Assembly: GCA_963662315.1 (NCBI GenBank) | Contig: OY759353.1 | Coordinates: 160,001-224,000 of the forward strand | Origin: Geopsychrobacteraceae bacterium | GTDB taxonomy: Bacteria; Desulfobacterota; Desulfuromonadia; Desulfuromonadales; Geopsychrobacteraceae | Direction: 5' to 3' | Length of the DNA: 64,000 nucleotides | In this document: piece by piece, positions 49,161-61,552 of the stretch | How the letters are laid out: every line of letters begins with the position of its first letter | Position numbering within the stretch: the first letter of the stretch is position 1 | Notes under the pieces: model-generated | Database searches by the model: none | Told to the model about the DNA's origin: nothing | Seen by the model: the letters and a program-made list of their open reading frames with translations, nothing else | Translations under genes and position numbers: made by a program

Positions 49161-50081
49161 GTGAAAAAAGCAGGTACAAGAGTCATGTTGGTCTTTGGTG
49201 ATCCGATTGCTCATTCCTTGTCTCCGGTGATGCAAAATGCCGCCCTCAAGGAAGCAGGGATCAATTCTGTATATGGTGCATGCCGGGTGCCTAAAGAGAG
49301 AATCGGCGAGGCGGTTGCTGCCATTCGTCTTTTTGATATTTGGGGTGTCAATCTGACAATACCTTTGAAAGAGGTTGTTCTCCCTCATCTCGATGCGCTT
49401 GATGAAGCGGCCCGGTTGATCGGTGCGGTTAATACTATCGTTAATCGCGATGGTAAACTGACCGGCTATAATACTGATGTTTATGGTGTCAGTAAAACCC
49501 TTGAAGTTGACCTGGATTTTAACCCTGAGGGTAAAAAGGTGATGATGCTTGGGGCTGGTGGCGCCAGCCGCGCCGGTATTGTGTCCTTGTGTGAGGGGGG
49601 AGCAAAAGAGCTGGGTATTGCAAATCGTAACATTGAAAGGGCTCAGGGGTTGGCGGCGGAATTTGCCGAAGTGTTTCCACAGACTGCTTTCCATGTCTAT
49701 TCTCTCGCTCCAATTGAGCTGGCTAAAGGTCTGAAAAATGCTGATCTGTTGATTAACTCGACTTCTGTCGGGTTAAAGGGGGAGCGTTTTGTCGATTTTC
49801 CCTGGCAAGCGTTGCCGACCGATGCCAAGGTTTTCGATATGGTCTGTACCGCTGAAGAAACTCCCTTTGTTGAATCTGCCAAGCGCCATGGACATATGGC
49901 AACCGGCGGTCTGGGAATGTTGGCGGCTCAAGGTGAAAAAGCTTTTGAACTCTGGACTAACGTTGTCCCGAAAGAATGGCTGATGCGGTCTTGTCTTAAT
50001 GCCGCCCAGGGTAAACCAACAGTTCTTGCTGTTGAAGGCAGCCCAATGGCTGGTTTGTTTTCTGTTATGGGGCAGAAATAA
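49161..50081 (+). CDS. aroE: Shikimate dehydrogenase family protein
   Basis: HSLSP, NLTIPLK, GAVNT, NTD, GAGGA, NR, GLGML..Q; DMVC replaces the usual DxxY. Confidence 0.85.
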   Translation: MKKAGTRVMLVFGDPIAHSLSPVMQNAALKEAGINSVYGACRVPKERIGEAVAAIRLFDIWGVNLTIPLKEVVLPHLDALDEAARLIGAVNTIVNRDGKLTGYNTDVYGVSKTLEVDLDFNPEGKKVMMLGAGGASRAGIVSLCEGGAKELGIANRNIERAQGLAAEFAEVFPQTAFHVYSLAPIELAKGLKNADLLINSTSVGLKGERFVDFPWQALPTDAKVFDMVCTAEETPFVESAKRHGHMATGGLGMLAAQGEKAFELWTNVVPKEWLMRSCLNAAQGKPTVLAVEGSPMAGLFSVMGQK

Positions 50082-50102
50082 AACAAACTGAATTCATAGA
50101 GG

Positions 50103-50135
50103 AAAGGCCCGCTGTATATGGCGGGCTTTTTTTTT
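50103..50135 (+). terminator. Rho-independent terminator
   Basis: GGCCCGC...GCGGGCT stem followed by a long T-run. Confidence 0.8.
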
Positions 50136-50222
50136 ACCTGTTATTGACTGTTTTTATTAGCATTCAAGTATTATGATTGGTTTGATATCTGGAGAACTAT
50201 TTGCCTTTATGGAGTGAAATAA

Positions 50223-51002
50223 ATGAAAAGGTTGCGGGTGTCGTTTTTTATAGTTTTGGGTTTTGTCGTGATGCTGCTTTGCGGCTGTCGTGAAACGCCC
50301 CTTGATCTTGCCGTCCGCTATGCATCCCTTGGTGATCTGCGGCCAGACAATTCTGTTTACCTGGAATATACCCGTATCGGGCATATCGAAAGGATCGTTT
50401 CCAGCGACAAGGACGACTATCTGGTCAAAATTGAAATTGATCCGGATTATAAAAATGAGATCACAGAGTATACCCATTTCCTGTTGAGCACTGATCCTCT
50501 GAATCGGGAGGAAGCAGCGATTGTCATTGAGCGATCACGGACTGGCGGTAAGTTGCTTGAGAGTGGCAGTATCGTCAAAGGGGAACGGCGTGGACTTGTC
50601 GGCGAGATTCTGTCTCGACTGCAGCAATCGGGCAGTACTGCATCAAATGAGCTTCAGATGCGCTTTGATAAAATGAAGCAGGCTTTTGTTCAGGGCGTAA
50701 ACGAAATCAGTGCCGGGCTGGATGAAGCTGTCAGTGAGATTGGACGTTCCCTTAATGAGTTACAGGAATCCTGGCGTTTTGGTACAGCGCAGCGGGAACT
50801 GGATAAGCTGCAGAGCAATATTGACCAATTTATTGCTGAATTTCAGAAGTCTGGAGCCGAGGTTCAGAAAAAAATGCGTCAGGAGATTATTCCAGAAATC
50901 AGAAAACATCTGGAGGAACTGGAAAAGAAAATGCGTCAGGAGCATCGCGACAGTGAAGCTGATCAGGTAGAGAAGCGATTAAATGAGCTTATTCAAGTCT
51001 GA
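50223..51002 (+). CDS. MlaD/MCE-domain lipoprotein with a coiled-coil tail
   Basis: Lipobox LCGC; Y...GDL...SV.L....IGHIERI MCE-like pattern; long helical C-terminus. Confidence 0.6.
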   Translation: MKRLRVSFFIVLGFVVMLLCGCRETPLDLAVRYASLGDLRPDNSVYLEYTRIGHIERIVSSDKDDYLVKIEIDPDYKNEITEYTHFLLSTDPLNREEAAIVIERSRTGGKLLESGSIVKGERRGLVGEILSRLQQSGSTASNELQMRFDKMKQAFVQGVNEISAGLDEAVSEIGRSLNELQESWRFGTAQRELDKLQSNIDQFIAEFQKSGAEVQKKMRQEIIPEIRKHLEELEKKMRQEHRDSEADQVEKRLNELIQV

Positions 51003-51181
51003 AGGTGTTGGATCCTACGTTTAATTATTAAATCTCGCTTATCCGGGTGATAAGACTAAAGGCAAGCTCCAGGATAAAAGATCGTATTCTGGAGCTTTGC
51101 TTTATCTGGACGAGGCTTATGTCGCCCTATTATCAGGAATCCTGAGGCCGTTCAGCTGTCTTCAGGCGGTGATTTTTGATA

Positions 51182-51358
51182 TTAAAGGGTCATTATGTTA
51201 ATATCCTCTTCCTCGATTTCAATGATTTCGACAAACCTGTCTGGCATGATGACCGAAATTTTTTGCGCGCCCCCTACAAAGCAGGAAGATTTGAGCACTT
51301 TCTTGACTTTTGGTGCTTGAATCCAGTTGCCGCCTTGATAAATAGTGAACTCCTTCAC
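51182..51358 (-). CDS. Small hypothetical protein (58 aa)
   Basis: GTG start after AAGGAG SD; hairpin downstream near 51060-51105. Confidence 0.4.
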   Translation of the reverse strand: MKEFTIYQGGNWIQAPKVKKVLKSSCFVGGAQKISVIMPDRFVEIIEIEEEDINIMTL

Positions 51359-51953
51359 GTAGAATCTCCTTACCAACAATGTGAAAGCAGAGACAGTTTT
51401 GGGCTTGTCTGCTAAATGCGAATTCTTGTGAATGATAATTACACAATTTAGCATTTATACCACATAAATTTGCCAACCGTTTGTTAGCATTTTGTGTTCG
51501 AAGAAACTTTTTTATCTTTTGCCCCTGATCTTTGAGGATAGTGTGCCAGTTGGCAGTTATTGCAGATCCACTTAACTCTGAGTGATCTGGAACTTGTGAT
51601 GACCGTTGTTGGCTGGCCTCGGCAAGATGTGCAGGCCTATAGTGAGCAAAAAGAAGCTGAGAAGGTCAGTGGAACGGTTGTCAGTGTTGCCGCGGACAAT
51701 TTTGTGCTGGCTCCGGATTCCAATAGCATTTATGGCTCGTTTGTTGATGAGCAGTCCATTACGTATGGTGTTGATACCAGTATCCCGTCATGGCTGCCGG
51801 TTCCCTTGTTGATGGGCCGCAATTTTCATATTTTTGAGAAAAATACTGGTTTGTTGCCTTCAATGTTGAATTCTTTTGATAAAGTATTATACTTGATTAA
51901 TTATTTGCTGATAATTTTAAGGATTCGCGGCAATCCAATCCTGGAGGTTCATA

Positions 51954-52910
51954 ATGGCAGAACAGACCAAACAAGAGATACTTCTTGAAAGCGGAACCAA
52001 TGAGTTAGAGATCATTGAGTTTTATGTTGGATCTCAACCTCTTGGTATTAATGTTCAGAAGCTTAAAGAAATTATTTCTTTTGATGAATCAAACCTGACG
52101 GTTATTCCGGACAGTCATCCGTCAATGATGGGGACCTTGCTGCTGCGCGGTGATACTATCCCTCTTATAGATCTTAAAAAACACCTTAAGCAGCGCCATC
52201 AGCCGGCTACCCTTGAAACCCAGAGACCGGTTGTCATGGTCTGTGAATTCAATCACCGCACTAATGGTTTCAAAGTCGATGGTGTGAACCAGATTCACCG
52301 GATCTCATGGAGTAACGTTGAACCTATCGCGCCGATTCTGGCCAAGTTTGAACCGCGTTTTACCGGCAGTATCCATGTTGGTGACCATGAAGTTCTGCTG
52401 CTGGATCTCGAACATATCGTCGGTGAACTCGATCCCGATTCCGTCCTGGATGGGAAGCAGGCTGGACCAGCCGCTGAATCGTCTGATGCCCCTTTGCATA
52501 ATCGGGACAATGCCAAAATTCTGATGGCTGAAGATTCGACGATCATCCGGTCGGGACTGGAAAAGGTCTTAAAGGAGGCGGGTTTTAACCGCCTTGAAGT
52601 GTTTGTAGACGGGGAAAAGTGCTATCAGAGGATCCTTGAGCTGAAGCAGCAGGCCGATGCTGAACAGGTCGATATTCGCAATTATTTGCGCATGGTTATC
52701 AGTGATATCGAGATGCCCAAGATGGATGGTCTGACATTGTGCCGCAAAGTCAAAGAGGGATTGGGGTATAAGCATCTGCCAGTCGTGCTGTTTTCATCCC
52801 TGATCAATCCACCGATGGAAGTAAAGTGTGACTCCGTTGGTGCCGATAATTATGCGGCTAAACCCGAGGTCGCCAAGTTGATCAAGTTGATTGATGAGTA
52901 CATTCAGTAA
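51954..52910 (+). CDS. cheV: Chemotaxis protein CheV (CheW + receiver)
   Basis: ILLESGTNELEIIEF, GINVQK, AEDS, SDIEMPKMDG, FSSL. Confidence 0.93.
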   Translation: MAEQTKQEILLESGTNELEIIEFYVGSQPLGINVQKLKEIISFDESNLTVIPDSHPSMMGTLLLRGDTIPLIDLKKHLKQRHQPATLETQRPVVMVCEFNHRTNGFKVDGVNQIHRISWSNVEPIAPILAKFEPRFTGSIHVGDHEVLLLDLEHIVGELDPDSVLDGKQAGPAAESSDAPLHNRDNAKILMAEDSTIIRSGLEKVLKEAGFNRLEVFVDGEKCYQRILELKQQADAEQVDIRNYLRMVISDIEMPKMDGLTLCRKVKEGLGYKHLPVVLFSSLINPPMEVKCDSVGADNYAAKPEVAKLIKLIDEYIQ

Positions 52911-52934
52911 GGCTTGTTGCTTAAACAAAATGAT

Positions 52935-52965
52935 AACGCCCCGGTAGCGCTTTTACCGGGGCGTT
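52935..52965. terminator. Bidirectional terminator between cheV and katG
   Basis: AACGCCCCGGTA...TACCGGGGCGTT. Confidence 0.7.
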
Positions 52966-52972
52966 TGTGTTG

Positions 52973-55315
<2,343 letters not shown>

Positions 55316-55572
55316 CTATCAAACGTGTTGGAAAATGTGTCGAAGTCTGTATCTGATCGGACAGACACTGTCAGAAGAAGTTTCTGGATGCCCACCACTT
55401 GGGATGAACAGATCGGTTTTAACTGTAAAGGGCAGATTGTTAAACTCACTGTAGAAACCATCAATAGAGTGCCATAGTTCCTCGACACCAGATTTAAGTC
55501 CGTATCCTTTTACGGACAGCTCTTCACGATCAGCACCTTGAGAATCCTTTTTCTTTCTCTAGGGAGAGCATT

Positions 55573-56709
55573 TCAAGCGTAAGCGGTTTTAAGTAAGTCC
55601 ACCAGTTCGGCAACCGTTGGCTGTTTGGGATTGGTCATGGTGCTCATTTCAAGCATGGCTTCTTCCGCTAACATCGAAAAATCGGTCTCCGGAACACCTA
55701 AATCCTTGAGTTGTGGAATGCCGATGGTTGTTGCGAGTTGCTGTAAACGGGAGACAATCCTGTCACCGAGATCAGATTGCTCACCATCAATCCCCATTGC
55801 GGAGGCCAGTGCCTTGAGTTTGGAATCGAAGCTACCCAGATTATAGTTTATAACATGGGGCAAAAAGACCGCATTGGCGACCCCATGGGGGATGTTATAG
55901 TGAGCGCTCAAAGGGTGGGCCAAGGAATGAACCAAGCCCAGTAGTGCTGAATTAAAGGCCATTCCGGCCATAAAGCTTCCCAGCATCATATCGGAGCGGG
56001 ATTTTATATCACCGTCAGCAACCGCCTGCTCAAGGCTGCCCATGATCAGGACGATGGCATCAAGAGCGATGCCATCAGTCACCGGCGAGGCCAGGGTTGA
56101 GATATAAGCTTCAATGGCATGGGTCAAGGCGTCCATACCCGTTGAGGACGTGATTGCGGCCGGCAGCTTTACTGTCAGCATAGGATCACAGACTGCGATC
56201 CTGCCACCGACGAACTGCCCGGCGATAACCATTTTTTTATGACGTCGGGTGTCCGTAACAACGGTCACAGAGGTAACCTCGCTGCCAGTTCCGGCAGTGG
56301 TCGGAACCATAACCAGGGGCAAGGTTGGCTTAGCAACCTTATTCACGCCCTCATAATCCGATATCTTTCCACCATTGGTCAGTAGGATATTAACGGCCTT
56401 AGCACAGTCGATAACGCTACCACCTCCGATAGCGAGCAGGGCATCGACCTTGTGATCGGCAGCAAAGTTTGCCGCTCTATGAACCAGTTCATCCGTCGGG
56501 TTAGGTTCAACATCGGCAAAGGTCACATGCTCAAGATCGGCTGCCTCCAGAATGGCCGTCAGCTTAGCGGCCATTCCCAAAGAAACCATCGCCTGGTCGC
56601 AAACCAGCAGCACATTTCTGGCTCCAAAGTTGTTGAGCAGTTCGCCACATTTGTTGCTGCTGTTTTCACCGAAAAAGAGAGTTGAGGGAATATCGAAAAC
56701 GAAACTCAT
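55573..56709 (-). CDS. Iron-containing alcohol dehydrogenase
   Basis: EPNP, GGGSVID, TTAGTGSE, DALTHAIE, HSLAH, HG. Confidence 0.92.
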   Translation of the reverse strand: MSFVFDIPSTLFFGENSSNKCGELLNNFGARNVLLVCDQAMVSLGMAAKLTAILEAADLEHVTFADVEPNPTDELVHRAANFAADHKVDALLAIGGGSVIDCAKAVNILLTNGGKISDYEGVNKVAKPTLPLVMVPTTAGTGSEVTSVTVVTDTRRHKKMVIAGQFVGGRIAVCDPMLTVKLPAAITSSTGMDALTHAIEAYISTLASPVTDGIALDAIVLIMGSLEQAVADGDIKSRSDMMLGSFMAGMAFNSALLGLVHSLAHPLSAHYNIPHGVANAVFLPHVINYNLGSFDSKLKALASAMGIDGEQSDLGDRIVSRLQQLATTIGIPQLKDLGVPETDFSMLAEEAMLEMSTMTNPKQPTVAELVDLLKTAYA

Positions 56710-56813
56710 AAATTTATTCCTTATTGGGATCAGCGTTAAGAAAATGGCTGTCAGGATATATTCATCAGTGACAGCCCAGAGAAGACATCATGCGCTTCTA
56801 AAGCAACTTATGT

Positions 56814-57953
56814 TCAGACATTGAACTGGGCATTTGCGCTAAAGCGTTCATACCCGAGTTCGCTGATATCTATGGTGGGAACCTCATCACAGGACAATTG
56901 CGCCAGGACAGTCCCCACGGCAGGCGCAATGCCGAAGCCATGGCCTGAAAAGCCACAGGCCAGAATCAAACCGGGAACGTCATCAACGGGACTGAGGACA
57001 GGGACTTTATCTTCGCACACATCAAGTAAGCCAACCCAGCTGCGCACCACCTTTGCGTGTTTCAAAGCCGGTATATAACCGAGAATCCCTTTGCAGGTTG
57101 CCGCCGTAGCGGCGACTGGAGGGTGATCTGCATTAGCGCAAATACTGGCGGAATCAAGAGGTGTTCCCCCACCAAAAACAAAGGAACCATGGGTCGTCTG
57201 ATGACCGTAAAAATCAGCCTTGGCGGTACCAAGCATCTGATAAAACATGGGCGGCTGTGCATCGGTGATCAGGGTGTCCAGAGCAACTGTTTTCATCGGT
57301 ACGTCAATGCCAACACTTTGTGAGATAGCGCGACTTTCATAGCCTGCTGCAAGGACGATTTTTTCTGCTTCATACTCACCACAAGCGGTCACGATTTTTC
57401 TGGCTCGGCCGCCAACCATTTTTATCGAAAGGACATTTTGCCCGGTAAGAAAGCGAACCCCCAATTGGCTCGCCTTATTGTAAAATGCCATGGTTGTCAG
57501 CAAGGGGTTGGCGTGACCATCGCTCTGGCACCAACTGGCCCCAATCACTTCATCGGACAGGTACGGACATATCTCTCTGACTTCTTCACGGTTGACCATC
57601 TTCACATCAAGGCCCAAAGAAACGGCGCTAGCGGTAAGCCCCTGAAGTATCTTAAGGTGTTCAGCAGTTTTCCCCAGCCGCAGATTTCCTTGCTGGTAAT
57701 ATTCGACGTCTGTTCCCAACTCTTCCGAAAGATGCGGCCAGAGGTTTTGAACCCCATACATAGCCAGCGGCAGTTCCCTTTTATCTCGGCCAGACTGGCG
57801 CACTCCACCACCGTTACGGGACGATCCGCCATATCCGATCACCTTACCTTTTTCGAGGACAATGACCGTTTTTCCTTTTTTCGCTAAATAGTAGGCGGTC
57901 GCACAACCGATAATACCGCCCCCTACAATAATTACATCTGCACTTGTCTTCAT
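56814..57953 (-). CDS. FAD-dependent amine/opine dehydrogenase catalytic subunit (SoxB/OoxB/HcnC-like, DAO family)
   Basis: GGGIIG, SSRNGG, DGHANP, GFSGHGFGIAP. Confidence 0.88.
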   Translation of the reverse strand: MKTSADVIIVGGGIIGCATAYYLAKKGKTVIVLEKGKVIGYGGSSRNGGGVRQSGRDKRELPLAMYGVQNLWPHLSEELGTDVEYYQQGNLRLGKTAEHLKILQGLTASAVSLGLDVKMVNREEVREICPYLSDEVIGASWCQSDGHANPLLTTMAFYNKASQLGVRFLTGQNVLSIKMVGGRARKIVTACGEYEAEKIVLAAGYESRAISQSVGIDVPMKTVALDTLITDAQPPMFYQMLGTAKADFYGHQTTHGSFVFGGGTPLDSASICANADHPPVAATAATCKGILGYIPALKHAKVVRSWVGLLDVCEDKVPVLSPVDDVPGLILACGFSGHGFGIAPAVGTVLAQLSCDEVPTIDISELGYERFSANAQFNV

Positions 57954-58058
57954 TTGGCCTCATTTTCTGCAGTCATCCAGGTGGTCCTATAGCGGTTTCT
58001 GTCTTTACATTTGACTGCCTGAATCGAGTTTATTTCTACGTTTCTGCCACTGCTATTT

Positions 58059-58236
58059 GGTTTTCAGCCGGAAACGGCCCTTTTCCGCTGTGGCGGCGTC
58101 AATCTGCGGGTTTTCTTGTGCGGCGTAAAGTACTACGCCTCCGCGCACCCCCTTGATTTCCTTGCCACAACGAAAAATTGCTCGTTTCCAATCTGAAAAC
58201 TTAGCCGTTGCTCTGCGGAGTTTCCGGATGGCAACT
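58059..58236. mobile_element. MITE-like non-coding element (about 180 bp)
   Basis: Imperfect terminal inverted repeats GGTTTTCAGCCGGAAAC / GTTTCCGGATGGCAACT (13/17), CTATTT at both ends, internal GGCGTA...TACGCC hairpin, no ORF. Confidence 0.55.
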
Positions 58237-58254
58237 ATTTAGGTTATCCTGGCG

Positions 58255-59637
58255 TCATAATTCCAGGGTTGCCATCTGCTCTATGCTTAACGGCGTCAAA
58301 GGGGCTCTGACTCGCAGCGAACCAACCTGGGGCATATCAAGATCACAGCTATCGGCGATAATTTCGGCAACGGTGGCTGCGCACATGCGTCCCTGGCAGG
58401 GGCCCATTCCGGAACGCGTTTGCCCCTTGATCTGGGCGGGGTGACGTGCTCCCTGGGCGATGGCTTCGCGGATCTGCCCGGCCGTCAGTTCTTCACAACG
58501 ACAGACAAGGGTCGTGTCATCCGGAGGGACCAGAGCCTGACGGCTTGGTGGAAAGACGTGGTCGAGAAAGGGGCGGATCAACATGTCCCGATGGGCTTTT
58601 TTACGATACAGCGCAGCGAGATGATCGCGCTCTGCCGCACTGATCTTCTGCAGCTGCCAGGCCATATCGATAGCGGCCAGATGGCCAGCGTAAGCCGCCA
58701 TCGGTCCGCCGCCAATACCACCGGCATCGCCGGCAACCGAAACTCCCGGCACGCTGGTGCGTCCCCAGGGATCCAGGACCGGTCGCCAGTAACGCTGCGG
58801 CTCGTACCATTCGTGTTCACAGTTAAGCAGTTGGGAAAGACGCAGGTTTGGAACGACTCCTTCATGGAGCAGGACGGTTGCTGCCGCAACGTCATGTTGT
58901 TTGCCGCGACAAGTAAAGCGCAAGCCTTCTGCCCGGCCCTTGCCGATGACAGCCAGGTCTCGACAGCCGATGTACAGCGGCACTTTGGCGCGTCGTACCT
59001 TCAGGCGCATCTGCAACCCCTTCACCAGGTAGCTGCTACGGCGCAATGCCCCGGGCAGAAAAGGAATTGCCCCCAAATAATCCCGTAACCCGGCTGTTTC
59101 GACCATAGCCGCAATCTTGACCCCGTTGTCAACAAGGTGACAGGCAACCAGCAACAACAGTGGACCGCTACCAGCCAGAACAACCGGCCCTTCAGGAACC
59201 ATGTCCGAAGATTTGAACAGAATATCGGCCGCTGCCGCACCCATTACCCCAGGTAGAGTCCAGTTAGGAATGGGCACTGGTCGTTCTGTCGCTCCAGTAC
59301 TGAAGAGCAGCTGCCGCCCGCCCACACGCCTTGATCCTGCTGAAGACAGCAGGTCAATATTGAAAGAATTCTCAATATTCCAGACGCTGGTATTCGGCAG
59401 ATACGTCACACCAGAGGCACGGAAAGAGTCGACCAGAGGTTTACCGGCAAAGTAGTCCTTGCCAAGAACATGGGAGTTTTCCGGGAGGCTTCTCTCTATT
59501 GCCCGATAGATCTGCCCGCCGGGTTCCGGCTGTTCATCGACCAGCAGGGTTGAGAGTCCCAATTTGTCGGCAGTGACGGCTGCCGCGAGCCCACCGGGGC
59601 CTGCACCAACAACAACTAAGTCGTAAATATTATCCAT
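58255..59637 (-). CDS. Flavin oxidoreductase with a C-terminal BFD-like [2Fe-2S] domain (OoxA/HcnB-like)
   Basis: GAGPGG, PGGQI, TGATERP...WTLPGV, AGD, CRCEE, GMGPCQGRMC. Confidence 0.9.
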   Translation of the reverse strand: MDNIYDLVVVGAGPGGLAAAVTADKLGLSTLLVDEQPEPGGQIYRAIERSLPENSHVLGKDYFAGKPLVDSFRASGVTYLPNTSVWNIENSFNIDLLSSAGSRRVGGRQLLFSTGATERPVPIPNWTLPGVMGAAAADILFKSSDMVPEGPVVLAGSGPLLLLVACHLVDNGVKIAAMVETAGLRDYLGAIPFLPGALRRSSYLVKGLQMRLKVRRAKVPLYIGCRDLAVIGKGRAEGLRFTCRGKQHDVAAATVLLHEGVVPNLRLSQLLNCEHEWYEPQRYWRPVLDPWGRTSVPGVSVAGDAGGIGGGPMAAYAGHLAAIDMAWQLQKISAAERDHLAALYRKKAHRDMLIRPFLDHVFPPSRQALVPPDDTTLVCRCEELTAGQIREAIAQGARHPAQIKGQTRSGMGPCQGRMCAATVAEIIADSCDLDMPQVGSLRVRAPLTPLSIEQMATLEL

Positions 59638-59935
59638 TGCTCAGTTCTTTCACTCCCTGCTGGCGATTGACAACCATGCCCTCGCGAACCTGGATCGTGC
59701 AGGCCTGTTGATTAGGAATGCCGTCAATTTCCATAAGACACTCAAAGCAGACGCCCATGTGACAGTAGCCCGAACGATGCTCACCACTGATTGGCGTGGT
59801 TCGGTTATAGCCTGCTCCAGCGGCCATAACCGCGGCAATAACGGTTTCTCCTGCCGGAACATTCAGCTGCTGTCCCTCAAAGGTGATCGTGACCCGTGCA
59901 CCTCCAGGTCTGTTTTCGTGCAACCTTTTCAACAT
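59630..59935 (-). CDS. [2Fe-2S] subunit (HcnA/OdhC-like)
   Basis: GYCHMGVCFEC...QAC; overlaps the next gene. Confidence 0.88.
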   Translation of the reverse strand: MLKRLHENRPGGARVTITFEGQQLNVPAGETVIAAVMAAGAGYNRTTPISGEHRSGYCHMGVCFECLMEIDGIPNQQACTIQVREGMVVNRQQGVKELSNG

Positions 59936-59993
59936 CTGTAACTCCTTGCAAACAACGGGACCCACTCTTGCGCTTCAATCCCATCTTCTGCTC

Positions 59994-61127
59994 TTAGGCC
60001 AGGTAGGGTTTCTCCCACAGGTTCAACTTGGTACCGATCCCTTTTTCCAGGGCATTGCGATAAACTTCGGTCCCCCAGGCAACATCTTCGATGGGGAGGC
60101 CACCAACAGAATAGATAATGATCTCAGCGTCGCTGGTCCGAGCAGGAACCTTTCCGGTCAGGACGTCACCAAGGTCGATCAGGTCTTCACGCTGCATAAT
60201 ACCGTCAGCCATCAGGTCCATGCAGTGAACCGCCGGAATCGGAATCGTGTGATAGGCGGGGTAAGGCATCTCTTCGGCCCAGGCCTCGTAAAGTCCGACG
60301 TAGTCAGCGACATTACGCGCCCGGTTGAGGATGAAATCATCATCAAAACGGGCCGCGGCGGGACAGCAGATGACTGCACCCGGCTTGATCCATTGTTCGT
60401 TAACGTATGGATATTCGCTGACATCACCGGTCGGTGAGGAGGTCGCGATATGGACGATATCAGCATCGCGAACAGCAGCTTCGATACTGTCTACGATTTC
60501 GTATTCTTTGATCGATGGATGATTCTCTTTGGCATAGGCGATAAAGCTGTCAATGGACTTCTGGCTGCGTCCTTTGATCTTGACCTTCTCAATATCCGGT
60601 CTCACCGCCAGGGTCGAAGAAAGGGCGGTCTTGCTCATGACTCCAGGACCAACCACTCCGACAACCTTGGCATCGGCCTTGGCAAAGTACTTGATGCCAA
60701 CCCCGGGAACCGCTCCGGTGCGGTAAGCGCTTAGAATATTTGCCGACATATAGGCCAGTGGTGCTCCGGTGTTCTTGCAGTTGAGAGTCAGCATCAATAC
60801 TGAACGAGGCAGATTTTTTTCCTTGTTTTCAGTGTTTGAACCGTACCACTTCATGCCGACCATATCGAACCGTCCACCGAGGTAGGCTGGCATGGCCATA
60901 AAGCGCCGGTCAGGACCGTTAAGCGGCATGTTGGGAAACGGACTTTCTTCGGGGAACATCATCATGACCCCGTGAGAATTATTCTCGGGTCCGCCCATGC
61001 GGAAATCGCCTGATTTTAACAGGCGGAACATTTCTTCCATGGTGTTGACACAGCCGGGCATATCAGTCACTCCGGCCTTGATCATGTCCGGCTCGCTGAG
61101 ATAAAGAAAATCAATTTGGGTATTCAT
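59994..61127 (-). CDS. Ornithine cyclodeaminase/mu-crystallin family protein (tyramine oxidase subunit B, TynB-like)
   Basis: IDFLYLSEPDMI, NSHG, RRFMAMPAYLGG, KWYGSN, SAYRTGA, GPGVM, GLPIEDVAW. Confidence 0.85.
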   Translation of the reverse strand: MNTQIDFLYLSEPDMIKAGVTDMPGCVNTMEEMFRLLKSGDFRMGGPENNSHGVMMMFPEESPFPNMPLNGPDRRFMAMPAYLGGRFDMVGMKWYGSNTENKEKNLPRSVLMLTLNCKNTGAPLAYMSANILSAYRTGAVPGVGIKYFAKADAKVVGVVGPGVMSKTALSSTLAVRPDIEKVKIKGRSQKSIDSFIAYAKENHPSIKEYEIVDSIEAAVRDADIVHIATSSPTGDVSEYPYVNEQWIKPGAVICCPAAARFDDDFILNRARNVADYVGLYEAWAEEMPYPAYHTIPIPAVHCMDLMADGIMQREDLIDLGDVLTGKVPARTSDAEIIIYSVGGLPIEDVAWGTEVYRNALEKGIGTKLNLWEKPYLA

Positions 61128-61153
61128 CAGATTTCTCCTTTAACTTTTACTTT

Positions 61154-61552
61154 TCAACTCAGACATTCACAGCCGATCATGGCTTCGAGCTCAATCTCTA
61201 CCAGCTGGCTTGGCCGGTTGAGCTTCGGAGTTTCAACCATGGTGAACAAAGGTCGAACGTCCTTGAAAAACTCACTGAATGCGTCAGCAACTTCGCGGGC
61301 ATAGGCCATATCAGTGACATAAGCCTTGATTTTATAAACATCTTTGGCTTCTGCCCCCGCCCGTTTAAGCAGTTCGATGAACTTACTAAAAATATAATGG
61401 CTCTGGTCATAGGGCGTCAGACCAAAAACCGATCCGTCCGCCTTTATCGCCGTCGTACCGCCGATATGAATCTGGTTGCCGACTTTGACCATCCGTGAAT
61501 AGCCGACAACATCCTCAAGGGGTGATTCCGAGGAAAAATTTGCTCTTTGCAT
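61154..61552 (-). CDS. RidA/YjgF-family imine deaminase
   Basis: VGYSR, GTTA, RP, LVEIE motifs. Confidence 0.88.
   Translation of the reverse strand: MQRANFSSESPLEDVVGYSRMVKVGNQIHIGGTTAIKADGSVFGLTPYDQSHYIFSKFIELLKRAGAEAKDVYKIKAYVTDMAYAREVADAFSEFFKDVRPLFTMVETPKLNRPSQLVEIELEAMIGCECLS

Noticed and set aside
51560..51988. 142-aa ORF upstream of cheV
   Set aside because: TTG start without a clear SD, no motif, and it runs through the AT-rich cheV upstream region; at most a gene remnant.
58420..59088. 222-aa plus-strand ORF
   Set aside because: Antisense to the OoxA/HcnB-like gene; no independent evidence.
56814..59935. Calling these genes hydrogen cyanide synthase hcnABC
   Set aside because: The architecture is shared with opine, proline and sarcosine dehydrogenases, and the permease/RidA/OCD context favours catabolism.
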